NCBI GenBank assembly: GCA_964364525.1
Contig: CAYIMH010000001.1
Coordinates: 1 to 31,201, forward strand
Direction of reading: 5' to 3'
Length of the DNA stretch: 31,201 bases
Source of the DNA: an uncultured Candidatus Saccharibacteria bacterium
GTDB taxonomy: Bacteria > Patescibacteriota > Minisyncoccia > Phycocordibacterales > JACOZG01
Notes under the pieces: generated by a model
The model's database searches: none
What the model was told of the DNA's origin: nothing
The model's input: only the letters and a program-made list of their open reading frames with translations
Shown here: positions 1-8,739 of the stretch, in pieces
How the letters are laid out: each line of letters starts with the position of its first letter
Numbering within the stretch: position 1 is the first letter of the stretch
Made by a program: the position numbers and the translations under genes

Positions 1-516
1 TTTGAGTAAAAAACTGATTTCCGAAGTCATGCCGCCGGATTTGGAGAGAACGGCGATATCACCGCTCTGATAAACCAGCTCTGGCTGTCGACCGCCAATC
101 ACCCCGAGTTTTAATTCCCGCCGAGGATTTATCAGCCCCACCGAACTCGGTCCAAGCACCGCCGCCCGATGTCGCCTGACCAAACTCAGAATCAGTGCCG
201 TGTCCCGCACCGGCACTCGCTCGGCACCAATCAGGATGAAAGGCACGCCAGCATTAAGCGCCTCTTCGCAAGCCACTTTGGTCAAAAATGGCGGGACAAA
301 CTGGATGCTGGCGTTCACCGGCCCGACGACCGTGAGCGCTTCTTTGACCGTGTTAAAAATCGGCACCCCGTTAAGTGACTGGCCACCCTTGCCGGGCGTT
401 ACACCAGCCACCAGTTTGGTGTGATAGGCGAGCATTGCGGCGGCGGCAATTCGCCCCTCTTGACCGGTAATTCCCTGCCCCAACACCCGAGCGCCGTTTG
501 GTAAAAGTAAGTTCAT
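1..516 (-). CDS. Succinyl-CoA synthetase alpha-family CoA-binding subunit (SucD/CcsB-like); 3' end runs off the window
   Basis: Not in the ORF track. My translation from the ATG at 516 (ATGA overlap with the upstream stop) is MNLLLPNGARVLGQGITGQEGRIAAAAMLAYHTKLVAGVTPGKGG...VLGPSSVGLINP...AVLSKSGGMTSE. The QGITG, AGVTPGKGG, GPxxxG and SKSGG motifs are SucD-family. The frame stays open to position 1. Confidence 0.9.
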   Translation of the reverse strand, partial: MNLLLPNGARVLGQGITGQEGRIAAAAMLAYHTKLVAGVTPGKGGQSLNGVPIFNTVKEALTVVGPVNASIQFVPPFLTKVACEEALNAGVPFILIGAERVPVRDTALILSLVRRHRAAVLGPSSVGLINPRRELKLGVIGGRQPELVYQSGDIAVLSKSGGMTSEISFLLK

Positions 517-1688
517 TGATGTTTGCGTTTTCGATAGGCGGCGGCCAAAGCCGTCATTTCTTCAGCTGACTCACTGATGGAAACTTCCGGACCGAAGAGA
601 TGGAAGTCGAAGTCAGCGGCCGATCGAAGCAAAGTTAGCGCCTCGTTCACCCGCGGTCCGCCACGCCGAACGACGATAGGGAAATCGAGCGGCCGGTGAC
701 AATTGGTCCGCACTCGCCGCAAGCCCGCCAAAACGCCGGAGAGTGTCTCAAAGATGTCAGTGAAGTTCGCCACCGCCCCGACCACCCACAGGCCGTTTAG
801 ACCAACCTTATCTAAAACAATTTCGGTTAACCTTTCGACTTTCCCGCGCGACGGATTGCCCGAATACTCGGTGTAATTAGCCGGCGCGCCACCGGCAGTG
901 GCGAGAGAATCAAGCGCCAACAATGAGGCACCGCCACCGGAAGCCAAAATGGCGATGTCGCCCGGCAAATCAAAATAGGTGCTGCCCGCTACTCCGCGAT
1001 AATCGGCGGCATCAATTTCTTTGGCGGCACGCTCACGAGCCGTGGCCGCTGGATACCCAACGCGGGGCGAGAAAGACCGGTTCGGATGACGAGCGGCGGC
1101 AGTGTCATCTAGCTTGATTTTAGCGTCTAGGGCGTACCAATCCTCCCGTTCATCCAAACCCCGGCCAAGAACCAGCGGATTGATTTCCAACAACAGACAG
1201 TCTTCTCGGAGAAACAACTCCACTAGAGTCAAGGCCAACGCCCTTGGCAAAGTTTCAATCTGGGGGATTCGTGGCGCGAGCGGATCTAAAATAACTGAAT
1301 GCGCTCCTCGCTCCTCAATACCAGCGCCGCCTGTCATCGACCAACTTAAAACCAAGCCGCGCGGGTCGGTACTGTAGGACAACGACAGATAATATGCGGT
1401 CTGATGAGTATCCAGGTCTTCGGCCAAAATGGTCTCGACCCTTGCGCCGTTAATTTGCCGACCGAACATTCTCTCAATCGCGGTTAGCAATTCTGTCGGT
1501 TGTCGAACAACCGTGATTCCCTCTTCCGCCGCCCGTTTACCAGACAATGTTTGTGCCTTAAGCACCAGTGGGCCGGTCCAGTTTGGCGGCGGCGAAGTTG
1601 GGTTCAATAATTGACCGCACGGGACGGAAAGACCGACCTGCCGTAAGAGCGCCTTACCTTCGTGCTCGTAGAGAATCACGTCCTCCAT
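513..1688 (-). CDS. ATP-grasp acyl-CoA synthetase beta-type subunit (SucC fold), probably citryl-CoA synthetase / ATP-citrate lyase beta-like
   Basis: SucC-fold motifs LYEHEGK, LKAQ, LLEINPL, ALDAK and GGGA are present. The C-terminal ANYTEYSGNP, GAVANFTD and VRRGGP motifs match the ACL/CCS type rather than SucC. Confidence 0.85.
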   Translation of the reverse strand: MEDVILYEHEGKALLRQVGLSVPCGQLLNPTSPPPNWTGPLVLKAQTLSGKRAAEEGITVVRQPTELLTAIERMFGRQINGARVETILAEDLDTHQTAYYLSLSYSTDPRGLVLSWSMTGGAGIEERGAHSVILDPLAPRIPQIETLPRALALTLVELFLREDCLLLEINPLVLGRGLDEREDWYALDAKIKLDDTAAARHPNRSFSPRVGYPAATARERAAKEIDAADYRGVAGSTYFDLPGDIAILASGGGASLLALDSLATAGGAPANYTEYSGNPSRGKVERLTEIVLDKVGLNGLWVVGAVANFTDIFETLSGVLAGLRRVRTNCHRPLDFPIVVRRGGPRVNEALTLLRSAADFDFHLFGPEVSISESAEEMTALAAAYRKRKHQ

Positions 1689-1741
1689 TAAATCATTTTG
1701 AACTTGTCTCTGTCCATCCGACCTGTTAAACTGGGCAAATC

Positions 1742-3085
1742 TTGTTTCGAGCCAAACTTCATCAATTGTTGCAAGGACGGTTTTGGCTCCTGGTCCTCTT
1801 TGCCATAATTTACCTGGTTTTACTGTTTTGGCGTGGCTGGATAATTCTACCGCTCATCGGACTAGAACTTATTTTGCGTCTGCTTTTGCGTCTGACCTAT
1901 GGCCAACAGTATCGCTATTCTCTCTATAATTATTTCCTGGTTGACCATCCAGTTTACGGCAATTGCTTCCGGCCCCACGCGAACAATCGGCAGTTGGACT
2001 TTTTGATTTGCGATAAGTATGTTTTCCGCTACGGCCCGGTTAATCCACTTAATTTAGCCGCTAACCGAAGTGGGCGAGTTGATTTCTCCATCAACTCGCG
2101 CAGTTTCCGCGGACCGGAATTCGCTCCCCGAAAAGCACCGGGGGTGTTCCGGATTTTTTGCGTTGGCGGTTCTACCACTGCCGGCAATTGGGTAAATAAT
2201 GATGAGACTTGGCCAGCTTACCTAGAACAATTTCTCCAACCGCACGGCCAGCGAGTGGAGGTCATTAACGCAGGCGTCCAAGGTTGGTGTTCCTATCAAG
2301 ATTTGCTCCGGTTTCAGGCGGAGATCGTCAATTATCAACCAGATTTGGTCATTATCAAACAAGGCTGGAATGAGGAGTTCATTTACAGCTCCCAGAACCT
2401 TGGCCGTTGGTGGCAACCGCAAGTTGCTCGCCATTTTATGGAGGAAAAGTACCTCTTTATCCCCCCCAATCCAATCCTTGCCGACACCCACTCCCTGCTC
2501 TATTTTATGTTGATTCGGACTTATTTTAAAAACTTTGTCTTTGACAAAAAAATGCCATTTACCAATCCCAAACGCTGGGCTTGTCTCAAACAACCGGACT
2601 ACTTGACAGCTTGGTTTGACAATCTAGTTGAATTTGCCCGAATCGCCTCGACTCACGACATCCCTTTAAGAATTATCAACGCGCCGCTCCTGACCGACTT
2701 CGCTGACACTAAAGACGAACGGGATTTTTACCTGACTCAAGCTAAACTGCCACCGCTCAAAGCCGACTATCTAGCGGTGGCTCAAAAACGAGTGGAAAAA
2801 ACTCTCAAGGCGATAAATGAATTTATTCCGGTCATCAATGTCGCCGCCCCTTTCCGTCAGCTCCGAGGCGCCGCCCGCTTGCCGCTTTTTCATGACAATA
2901 TTCATCCCAGCGCCAGCGGTAACAGGCGACTGGCAGAAATTGTTAGCCAGGCTCTCACCCCACTGAAACTTCAAGCGACCAAGTTGCCGAACAAGGCGCG
3001 GTTAAGAGAACTGCGCCAACAAGTTGCTTCCAACGATACCGCCATAGATAAATTTATCGATCGGCAGATTTCCCAATTAACCTGA
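1742..3085 (+). CDS. Membrane-anchored SGNH/GDSL-family hydrolase (possible glycan O-acyl esterase or transferase)
   Basis: Hydrophobic N-terminus; block I FCVGGSTT, block II INAGVQG, block III GWNE, block V DNIHP. The TTG start is uncertain. Confidence 0.8.
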   Translation: MFRAKLHQLLQGRFWLLVLFAIIYLVLLFWRGWIILPLIGLELILRLLLRLTYGQQYRYSLYNYFLVDHPVYGNCFRPHANNRQLDFLICDKYVFRYGPVNPLNLAANRSGRVDFSINSRSFRGPEFAPRKAPGVFRIFCVGGSTTAGNWVNNDETWPAYLEQFLQPHGQRVEVINAGVQGWCSYQDLLRFQAEIVNYQPDLVIIKQGWNEEFIYSSQNLGRWWQPQVARHFMEEKYLFIPPNPILADTHSLLYFMLIRTYFKNFVFDKKMPFTNPKRWACLKQPDYLTAWFDNLVEFARIASTHDIPLRIINAPLLTDFADTKDERDFYLTQAKLPPLKADYLAVAQKRVEKTLKAINEFIPVINVAAPFRQLRGAARLPLFHDNIHPSASGNRRLAEIVSQALTPLKLQATKLPNKARLRELRQQVASNDTAIDKFIDRQISQLT

Positions 3086-4316
3086 CTACCCCATCAATCG
3101 CATTTCGGCGAACCAGATGCTTGTCATACTGGTCGGGCATTGTCCCTCCTTGCCACTGCGCCAGCAACTTGTCAAAAGTTGGCCAGTCGGTAACCACCTG
3201 CTTGATGTGGTAATGCCGCATCATTGGAATGTTTCTTTTCGGCCAAGGCGTAAAATTTTCAAAAATTGCCGGTCGGCCGCTAGCGGTAACCATATAATTG
3301 GCCGTCGTCCAAATCCCAGAAACAACCAGGTCGGACAAACAAATTAATTCGTCGGTCTGAGCCTCGTCACCGTAAACCGCAACACCCAAACTTTCAAACT
3401 GACGATAAAAAGATGGGCTGTCCGACGGATGAAGTTTCAGCAAAATCGTGGCCTCGGGCACAATCGAGCGCAGATGAGTAATCATTTGTCCGTAATAAGC
3501 CAACTGGTAATCAATGGTCTTGCCGGTCCAAGAACGAAGATGGAAGCCGTGAGCAATAATCAAAATTCTGGTCTGGCCCGAACTAAGACGGTATTTGTGT
3601 TCCAGCCGGCAGCGCTCAATCGAGTCCGCGCCCAAGCGTTGATTAAGTTCGGACACGATCTGACTGTCGGCCATACCAACTACCGAGATACGGTCGCGCG
3701 GGAAACCGTAACCGGCGGCGTACCCTTCGGCCGCTTGCTCGTCAAAAACACCGATCTTGGCCGGCAATCGGTGGGCTTTAAGATACCGCGGGCCGACGAA
3801 GATGAAATCAAGAAGCCAAAGCAAAACGGTCGTCAGTTTAAAATAGATAAAACGGTGGCCAAGAAAACCGGGGTCGGCCCCCTTGACTTCAGAGACAAAA
3901 ACCGGATCGGAGGAGTGGAACGACCACTGAAGGATGATAACATCAGTCCCTAACCGCGCCGCCTCGCGAACAATGGTATCATGAGGCGGTAGAGTTTTCA
4001 TTAAAATAACTTTGGCCGGGAGTGTTTCGCGTATGAAGCGGCGGCAAGCTCGGATATGCCGGAAATGCTTCCAAAGCGAGGTAAGGACCGGGAGACGCCA
4101 AGTGGCGCGGGCCAGACCCTGATCCAAAACTCGGAAAGGCAGGCCTTGTTGCTGGGCGTAAGCCACCATTTGCTCGCGCCGCCGATCCGGTCCACGAACG
4201 AACAAAAACTCGGCGTCATAATCCTCCCGCAGGCGGGGCCAAAAACGAGCGAAATATTTTAACGAGCCGGTATAAGCCGGGACTAGAAACAATTTTGGTT
4301 TAGACGAGACAGTCAT
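3054..4316 (-). CDS. Putative GT-B fold glycosyl/glycerophosphate transferase (capsule-biosynthesis-like)
   Basis: Start refined to the ATG at 4316 (ATGA overlap with the 4313 stop), giving 420 aa beginning MTVSSKPKLF. Contains LLKLHPSD and ELICLSDLVVSGIWTT, and sits among glycan genes. Confidence 0.55.
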   Translation of the reverse strand: MTVSSKPKLFLVPAYTGSLKYFARFWPRLREDYDAEFLFVRGPDRRREQMVAYAQQQGLPFRVLDQGLARATWRLPVLTSLWKHFRHIRACRRFIRETLPAKVILMKTLPPHDTIVREAARLGTDVIILQWSFHSSDPVFVSEVKGADPGFLGHRFIYFKLTTVLLWLLDFIFVGPRYLKAHRLPAKIGVFDEQAAEGYAAGYGFPRDRISVVGMADSQIVSELNQRLGADSIERCRLEHKYRLSSGQTRILIIAHGFHLRSWTGKTIDYQLAYYGQMITHLRSIVPEATILLKLHPSDSPSFYRQFESLGVAVYGDEAQTDELICLSDLVVSGIWTTANYMVTASGRPAIFENFTPWPKRNIPMMRHYHIKQVVTDWPTFDKLLAQWQGGTMPDQYDKHLVRRNAIDGVVRLIGKSADR

Positions 4317-4936
4317 TTTTTTAGCACATAGAAATGGTGATATTGATTTTCGTAGGGAACAAAGTCCTCCAGGATTTGAAAATGATTCACCAGCACTTGC
4401 CAAATCCGCCTCGCCGAATGGCTCCGCCAACCAATTTCCCACCAGTGAGACTCTGGGCCGGTTGGCTTGAAGCGTGGCCGGCGGGGAAAAGGCAGTTTGA
4501 CCGCTTTTTGCAACCGAGGTAAGAGTGGTAATTTGGCGGAGAATCGAAGGTGGGCTCGGCAATCGGGTAGGCTGATAACAACGTAACGTTGGGCCACCCG
4601 CTTAAGTTCGATAAGGGCCTGTTCGAGATCAGCAAAAGGCAAATGCTCCAAGACCTCAAAAGCCGCCACTAGGTCGAAAGAGTCGTCCGGCGTTGGGATT
4701 TGGCGCACATCGCCGATTATGTCCGGCCGAAGTTGGTGGTCAAAATCTAAACTACGATAATCAATGGCCGTTCTATTTTTAATATAATCTCTGACCAAAC
4801 CGCTACCTAGGCCGATCTCCAGCATCGTTTTCGGTGCCAAGCGAGAAATTATTTTCAGTTGATAATAAAAACTGGCCCAGCGGTCAAAGCTGATATAATC
4901 GTTAAGCGAGTATTTAGTTCCGGATATTGGAGACAC
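4313..4936 (-). CDS. Class I SAM-dependent methyltransferase
   Basis: MLEIGLGSG (motif I), LDFD, IIGDV, SFDLVAAFEVLEHL. Confidence 0.88.
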   Translation of the reverse strand: MSPISGTKYSLNDYISFDRWASFYYQLKIISRLAPKTMLEIGLGSGLVRDYIKNRTAIDYRSLDFDHQLRPDIIGDVRQIPTPDDSFDLVAAFEVLEHLPFADLEQALIELKRVAQRYVVISLPDCRAHLRFSAKLPLLPRLQKAVKLPFPRRPRFKPTGPESHWWEIGWRSHSARRIWQVLVNHFQILEDFVPYENQYHHFYVLKK

Positions 4937-6704
4937 GATAAAAGTAAGACTGTTTATCCTTAAGCAGTTCGGCCGGCGGGGCGTCTTCGACTACTCGCCC
5001 CCGCTCTAAAACAATCAGCCTGTCGGCGGCGGCCACGGTTGAGAGCCGGTGCGCAATCACCAAAATCGTCATCCGGCCTTTCAATTCCTCCAGCGCTCGT
5101 TGAATCGCCAGCTCTGACTCATTATCCAGAGCGCTCGTCGCCTCATCTAGGAGTAAGATAGCCGGCCGTTTAGCTAGGGCTCGAGCAATGCCCACTCGTT
5201 GGCGCTGGCCAGCCGAGAAGCGCACGCCCCGCTCGCCAACTAAGGTTTGATAGCCCTCCGGCAAATTTGACACGAAAGTGTCTAGTTGAGCCAGTCGGCT
5301 AGCCGCCTTAACCTGCTCATCACTGATAGCGGGATTAAAGAAACGAATATTATTCTCAATGGTGTCGTTCAACAAAAAGGTATCCTGGGGGACATAGCCG
5401 AGATGGGCCCGCCAGGTGGGCAGATAAATCTGGTCAATTACTTGGCCATCCAGCTTAATCGTCCCGGCACTCGGCCGGAACAGCCGGAGTAGTAGATCAA
5501 ACAAGGTGGTTTTGCCGGCCCCAGATACGCCAATTATTCCGACCAGCGATCCCCGCGCGACCTTAAATGACAACCGGTCTAAAACCGGCGGTTGGCCGGC
5601 ACCGTAACCAAAGCAGACGCCAGAAAAAACCAGTTCGTGCTCGAAGCTAAAGCCGCTCTGACCGCCCTGGTCCTCACGCCCCCGCCCGACCCCCGCCCCA
5701 TAACGGGCAACGTCATCGAGATAGGGGGCTAGATCAACTATATGTTGGAGATTGTTTTGCACTATTTGAATATAGCTGAAAATCCGATGAATCAGATAGA
5801 CCAAGGCGATTAGGGCAGCAAAAGAAAAGCCGGGGTAATAGCGATTGATGGCCGCAAAAATCAACAGGAGATAAAGGACAGAAAACGGTTGAACGAAGAC
5901 CGTCGACAAGGTGCTCAAAATCGAGGCCCTGATTTGCAGGCGCCGCCAGAGATCGAAATGCTCTCGACCCCGTTCGAGAAATGACGCCGTGGCATCGAAA
6001 GCTTTGATCGTTTTCAACCCGCCGCTACTCTCGCCGACCAAGTGAGCCACCTCTTTGTTGATGGTCGAGGTCCGGCGAGCCAGGTCCTTAATCCGGCGCA
6101 AAATCGGTCTGACCACCACAAAAAAAACACCGCCAAGCACGAGCGTGAGTAGTGTCGACCACCAAGAAATATTAATCGCGACCGAAAGATAGACCAACAA
6201 ACTAGTCCCGAGAATGATGGAGTCAGCGATAATTTCAAATAACTTAGCGCTCATACGGACATCCATAATGAGGAGCGTCTCAAGATGACCAATTCGTTGG
6301 GCCAGGAGATGCGGCCAATCAGCGGCCAACATTTTGCGTAATAGTTGACCCCGACTATCGTTTTCGAAATTGGATCGGACCAAAATTCGGATATAAGTAG
6401 AAAGCAGTAAGACTAAGGATTTCAAGAAAAACAGGGCGGCGATCAAAATCAGGAAAGTGGAAAACTTAACTTCAATCCGCAAGCTGGAGAAAAACCAAAT
6501 AATCGCCTTGGAAATAATGTCATCACCAGCTGCCCCACCCTGGTTGATTAAAGAAAAAAGCGGGATCAGGGTATTGATACCTACCGCCTCAAAGAGACCG
6601 CCCAAAAAACCCAGACCGACCAGTAAGGCAATCTGCAGTCGGTAGGGCCGGAAAGCTGACCAAAACGGAATAGCGATCTTTTTTAATCTGGTAAAGATGT
6701 TCAT
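4914..6704 (-). CDS. ABC exporter, fused permease plus ATPase (MsbA/PglK-like; possible glycan flippase)
   Basis: N-terminal multi-TM domain; Walker A GVSGAGKT, Q-loop VPQD, signature FSAGQRQR, Walker B LLLDEATSALD, H-loop IAHRLST. Confidence 0.92.
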   Translation of the reverse strand: MNIFTRLKKIAIPFWSAFRPYRLQIALLVGLGFLGGLFEAVGINTLIPLFSLINQGGAAGDDIISKAIIWFFSSLRIEVKFSTFLILIAALFFLKSLVLLLSTYIRILVRSNFENDSRGQLLRKMLAADWPHLLAQRIGHLETLLIMDVRMSAKLFEIIADSIILGTSLLVYLSVAINISWWSTLLTLVLGGVFFVVVRPILRRIKDLARRTSTINKEVAHLVGESSGGLKTIKAFDATASFLERGREHFDLWRRLQIRASILSTLSTVFVQPFSVLYLLLIFAAINRYYPGFSFAALIALVYLIHRIFSYIQIVQNNLQHIVDLAPYLDDVARYGAGVGRGREDQGGQSGFSFEHELVFSGVCFGYGAGQPPVLDRLSFKVARGSLVGIIGVSGAGKTTLFDLLLRLFRPSAGTIKLDGQVIDQIYLPTWRAHLGYVPQDTFLLNDTIENNIRFFNPAISDEQVKAASRLAQLDTFVSNLPEGYQTLVGERGVRFSAGQRQRVGIARALAKRPAILLLDEATSALDNESELAIQRALEELKGRMTILVIAHRLSTVAAADRLIVLERGRVVEDAPPAELLKDKQSYFYRVSNIRN

Positions 6705-6709
6705 GGGAA

Positions 6710-8101
6710 TTATTTAATCAACTCGCCGACCAGATGGGCGAAGCGTCGGCCCGCATTACCGTCAAAAGGCCCCACAAAGCGCTGACGGAGGCGAGCCCGA
6801 CCAGTAGTATCAAGTGTCGGCTGATTTAAATAATCTTGCAGAGCCGACAAAAATTCTCCTCGTGACCGAACCACCTTAGTTCCTTTGGTTTTCACAATCT
6901 CCAAAAAATAATCACTCTCATAAGATAGCGCCAGGGCCTGGTCTTGGGGCGGGACATTAATCCGGGGCTCAAAGGCCACGTTAACAATTGGCCTGTCAAA
7001 AGCAGCCGCATCAAGGGTGATCGTCGAGGCAACGTTGACCACTACCGCGGCATGATAAAGGCTATTGGCAAAACGCGCCATTGCTTCGAGGCTGAAATCA
7101 CCGGTATCCTTAAAACCAGCAGAGGGATTATTAACCCGATCAAGCGCCACCTTGGGTCTAGCTTGGAGACAAGTGAACTTCTCTTCGTCGCGACGATAAC
7201 TAAAGTGGGGGCGAATTAATAAAACACTGTTTGGCAAGTCCCCTTTTTCAATAAATTCAGCCAGCAACCAGGCAATATCGGCATCCTCGGGCACTGATTT
7301 GCCTTCAGAGGTAAACAGGACAATTTTTCTCTTTGGATCGATGTTGAGCTGCCGACAAAATTGCTCTCGAGACCAGATAAATTCTCCAGTGTAATAATTA
7401 TCAAATTGCGGGATACCAATAATCTTAATTTGATCGGAGCGATAGCGTTGGAGTGAAGTGGCCTGATCAGCCATAAATTGATTCCAGACAACCAAAAAAT
7501 CAGCTTTGGCCCGAAAACCCGCGCGCGATAAATTGTCCCAACTCTTGGGCATCCCAACACTCCAGATCCCTTCACGTTTAGCGGCCTTAATTAGGGCAGC
7601 CTCACCGTTAGAGGAAATCGAGGTGCTGATGACTAAGGCTGGTGCCTGTTGCCTAAGTAGCTCTCGGAGCCGCTTGACTGGCCGACGTTGACCGAGATAG
7701 AGATCCGACCAGCGCGCCAGATCTCTTAACCACACTAAGCGCGATAGCGGACGAAAGATCAAGGAAAACAGCAGAAATCTGGTGAGACTTAAATCTTCGG
7801 GCTTGGTCAGGGCTCTAGTACCATAGCGGAGTTTAAGAGCGATAAATTTACTCCAGATCAAGTACTTATGAAGCCCCAGCCAGACAATATCAGCGGCACC
7901 ATGACTCTCTTCGGTAAACCACTCGAAGGAAACGTTGGGATGAGCAAACTCCAAGCAAAAGCGTTGATCTCGCGCCGCCGGCGTGAGGATAATCAACTGA
8001 TATTTTTCTCGGAGCAGTTTGAAGAAGTCGTTTTGCAACAAATTACGCACGATCATACTGCGGCCAATAGTGAGTAAGATTTTTTTCTTATTGTTGGTCA
8101 T
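6710..8101 (-). CDS. Putative GT-B fold transferase (CDP-glycerol glycerophosphotransferase-like)
   Basis: SWDNL, IGIPQFDNY, IVLFTS, LLIRPHF and VVVNVASTITLDAAAFDRPIVNV resemble TagF-like/GT-B C-terminal domains; located in the glycan operon. Confidence 0.55.
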   Translation of the reverse strand: MTNNKKKILLTIGRSMIVRNLLQNDFFKLLREKYQLIILTPAARDQRFCLEFAHPNVSFEWFTEESHGAADIVWLGLHKYLIWSKFIALKLRYGTRALTKPEDLSLTRFLLFSLIFRPLSRLVWLRDLARWSDLYLGQRRPVKRLRELLRQQAPALVISTSISSNGEAALIKAAKREGIWSVGMPKSWDNLSRAGFRAKADFLVVWNQFMADQATSLQRYRSDQIKIIGIPQFDNYYTGEFIWSREQFCRQLNIDPKRKIVLFTSEGKSVPEDADIAWLLAEFIEKGDLPNSVLLIRPHFSYRRDEEKFTCLQARPKVALDRVNNPSAGFKDTGDFSLEAMARFANSLYHAAVVVNVASTITLDAAAFDRPIVNVAFEPRINVPPQDQALALSYESDYFLEIVKTKGTKVVRSRGEFLSALQDYLNQPTLDTTGRARLRQRFVGPFDGNAGRRFAHLVGELIK

Positions 8102-8739
8102 ACTGGTTCAATTTCTCCTTTTAGCTTGGCCACAATCTGTTCGGCTGGCTCGAGACTCGAGTCAAAAACTAAAACCAGCAACCCGGCAACTGGCTTGGCA
8201 TCAAAAAACGAGCGCAGACTTTCGGTCTGGCGACCAAGTTGTTGCTGCCAGGCTTGATGGTCTTCAGAAAGTCCGGCGCGGGGGAAACGGCCTCGCCGCC
8301 TCATCCGTTCGGAGCGGAGTGGTTCCGGCGCCGAAACAATCACTAATACTTGGCAGTCAAGACAACGCCCGACATAAGTGGCCAGCTCGACCTCGCTGGC
8401 TGATCGCTCGTGGAGAGTCAAGAGATATTGCGTCAAGCCACCATCTAAAATAACGGATCCCCGTCGGCCAAGTCGCCAGGCTTTCTCGTTAACCGCTAGG
8501 TGTTCGGAAAGAAGAAAAAGTTTATGCCACCACAGAGCCCAGGAGTGAGCCCCCGACCACAGCGTTTTAATCAAGAGCCAAAAAAAACGGCCGGGCGAGC
8601 GGGTCAAAGAGCACCATAGATAAAGCCTTTTTTCGGAGCGACCGGCCAACGCAATATACTCTTTTTTTAACCTCAAGGCAAGTTGCTGAGCAATTGTTGT
8701 TTTACCGCTACCGGGCGGCCCGAAAAATTCAATGATCAT
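8098..8739 (-). CDS. P-loop NMP-kinase-like protein
   Basis: Start refined to the ATG at 8739 (MIIEFFGPPGSGKTT, Walker A), overlapping the upstream stop by 11 nt. Has ILDGG and an Arg-rich lid (RSERMRRRGR). Confidence 0.75.
   Translation of the reverse strand: MIIEFFGPPGSGKTTIAQQLALRLKKEYIALAGRSEKRLYLWCSLTRSPGRFFWLLIKTLWSGAHSWALWWHKLFLLSEHLAVNEKAWRLGRRGSVILDGGLTQYLLTLHERSASEVELATYVGRCLDCQVLVIVSAPEPLRSERMRRRGRFPRAGLSEDHQAWQQQLGRQTESLRSFFDAKPVAGLLVLVFDSSLEPAEQIVAKLKGEIEPV

Noticed and set aside
169-424. Short + strand ORFs (69 and 74 aa)
   Set aside because: They lie antisense to the SucD-like gene that the ORF track missed because it runs off the window.
3054-4562. Long 502-aa version of this ORF, and similar 5' extensions at 8799, 13655, 25445, 25960 and 27303
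   Set aside because: The extensions overlap upstream genes or promoters; internal ATGs with coupling overlaps, SD or -10 signals are better starts.
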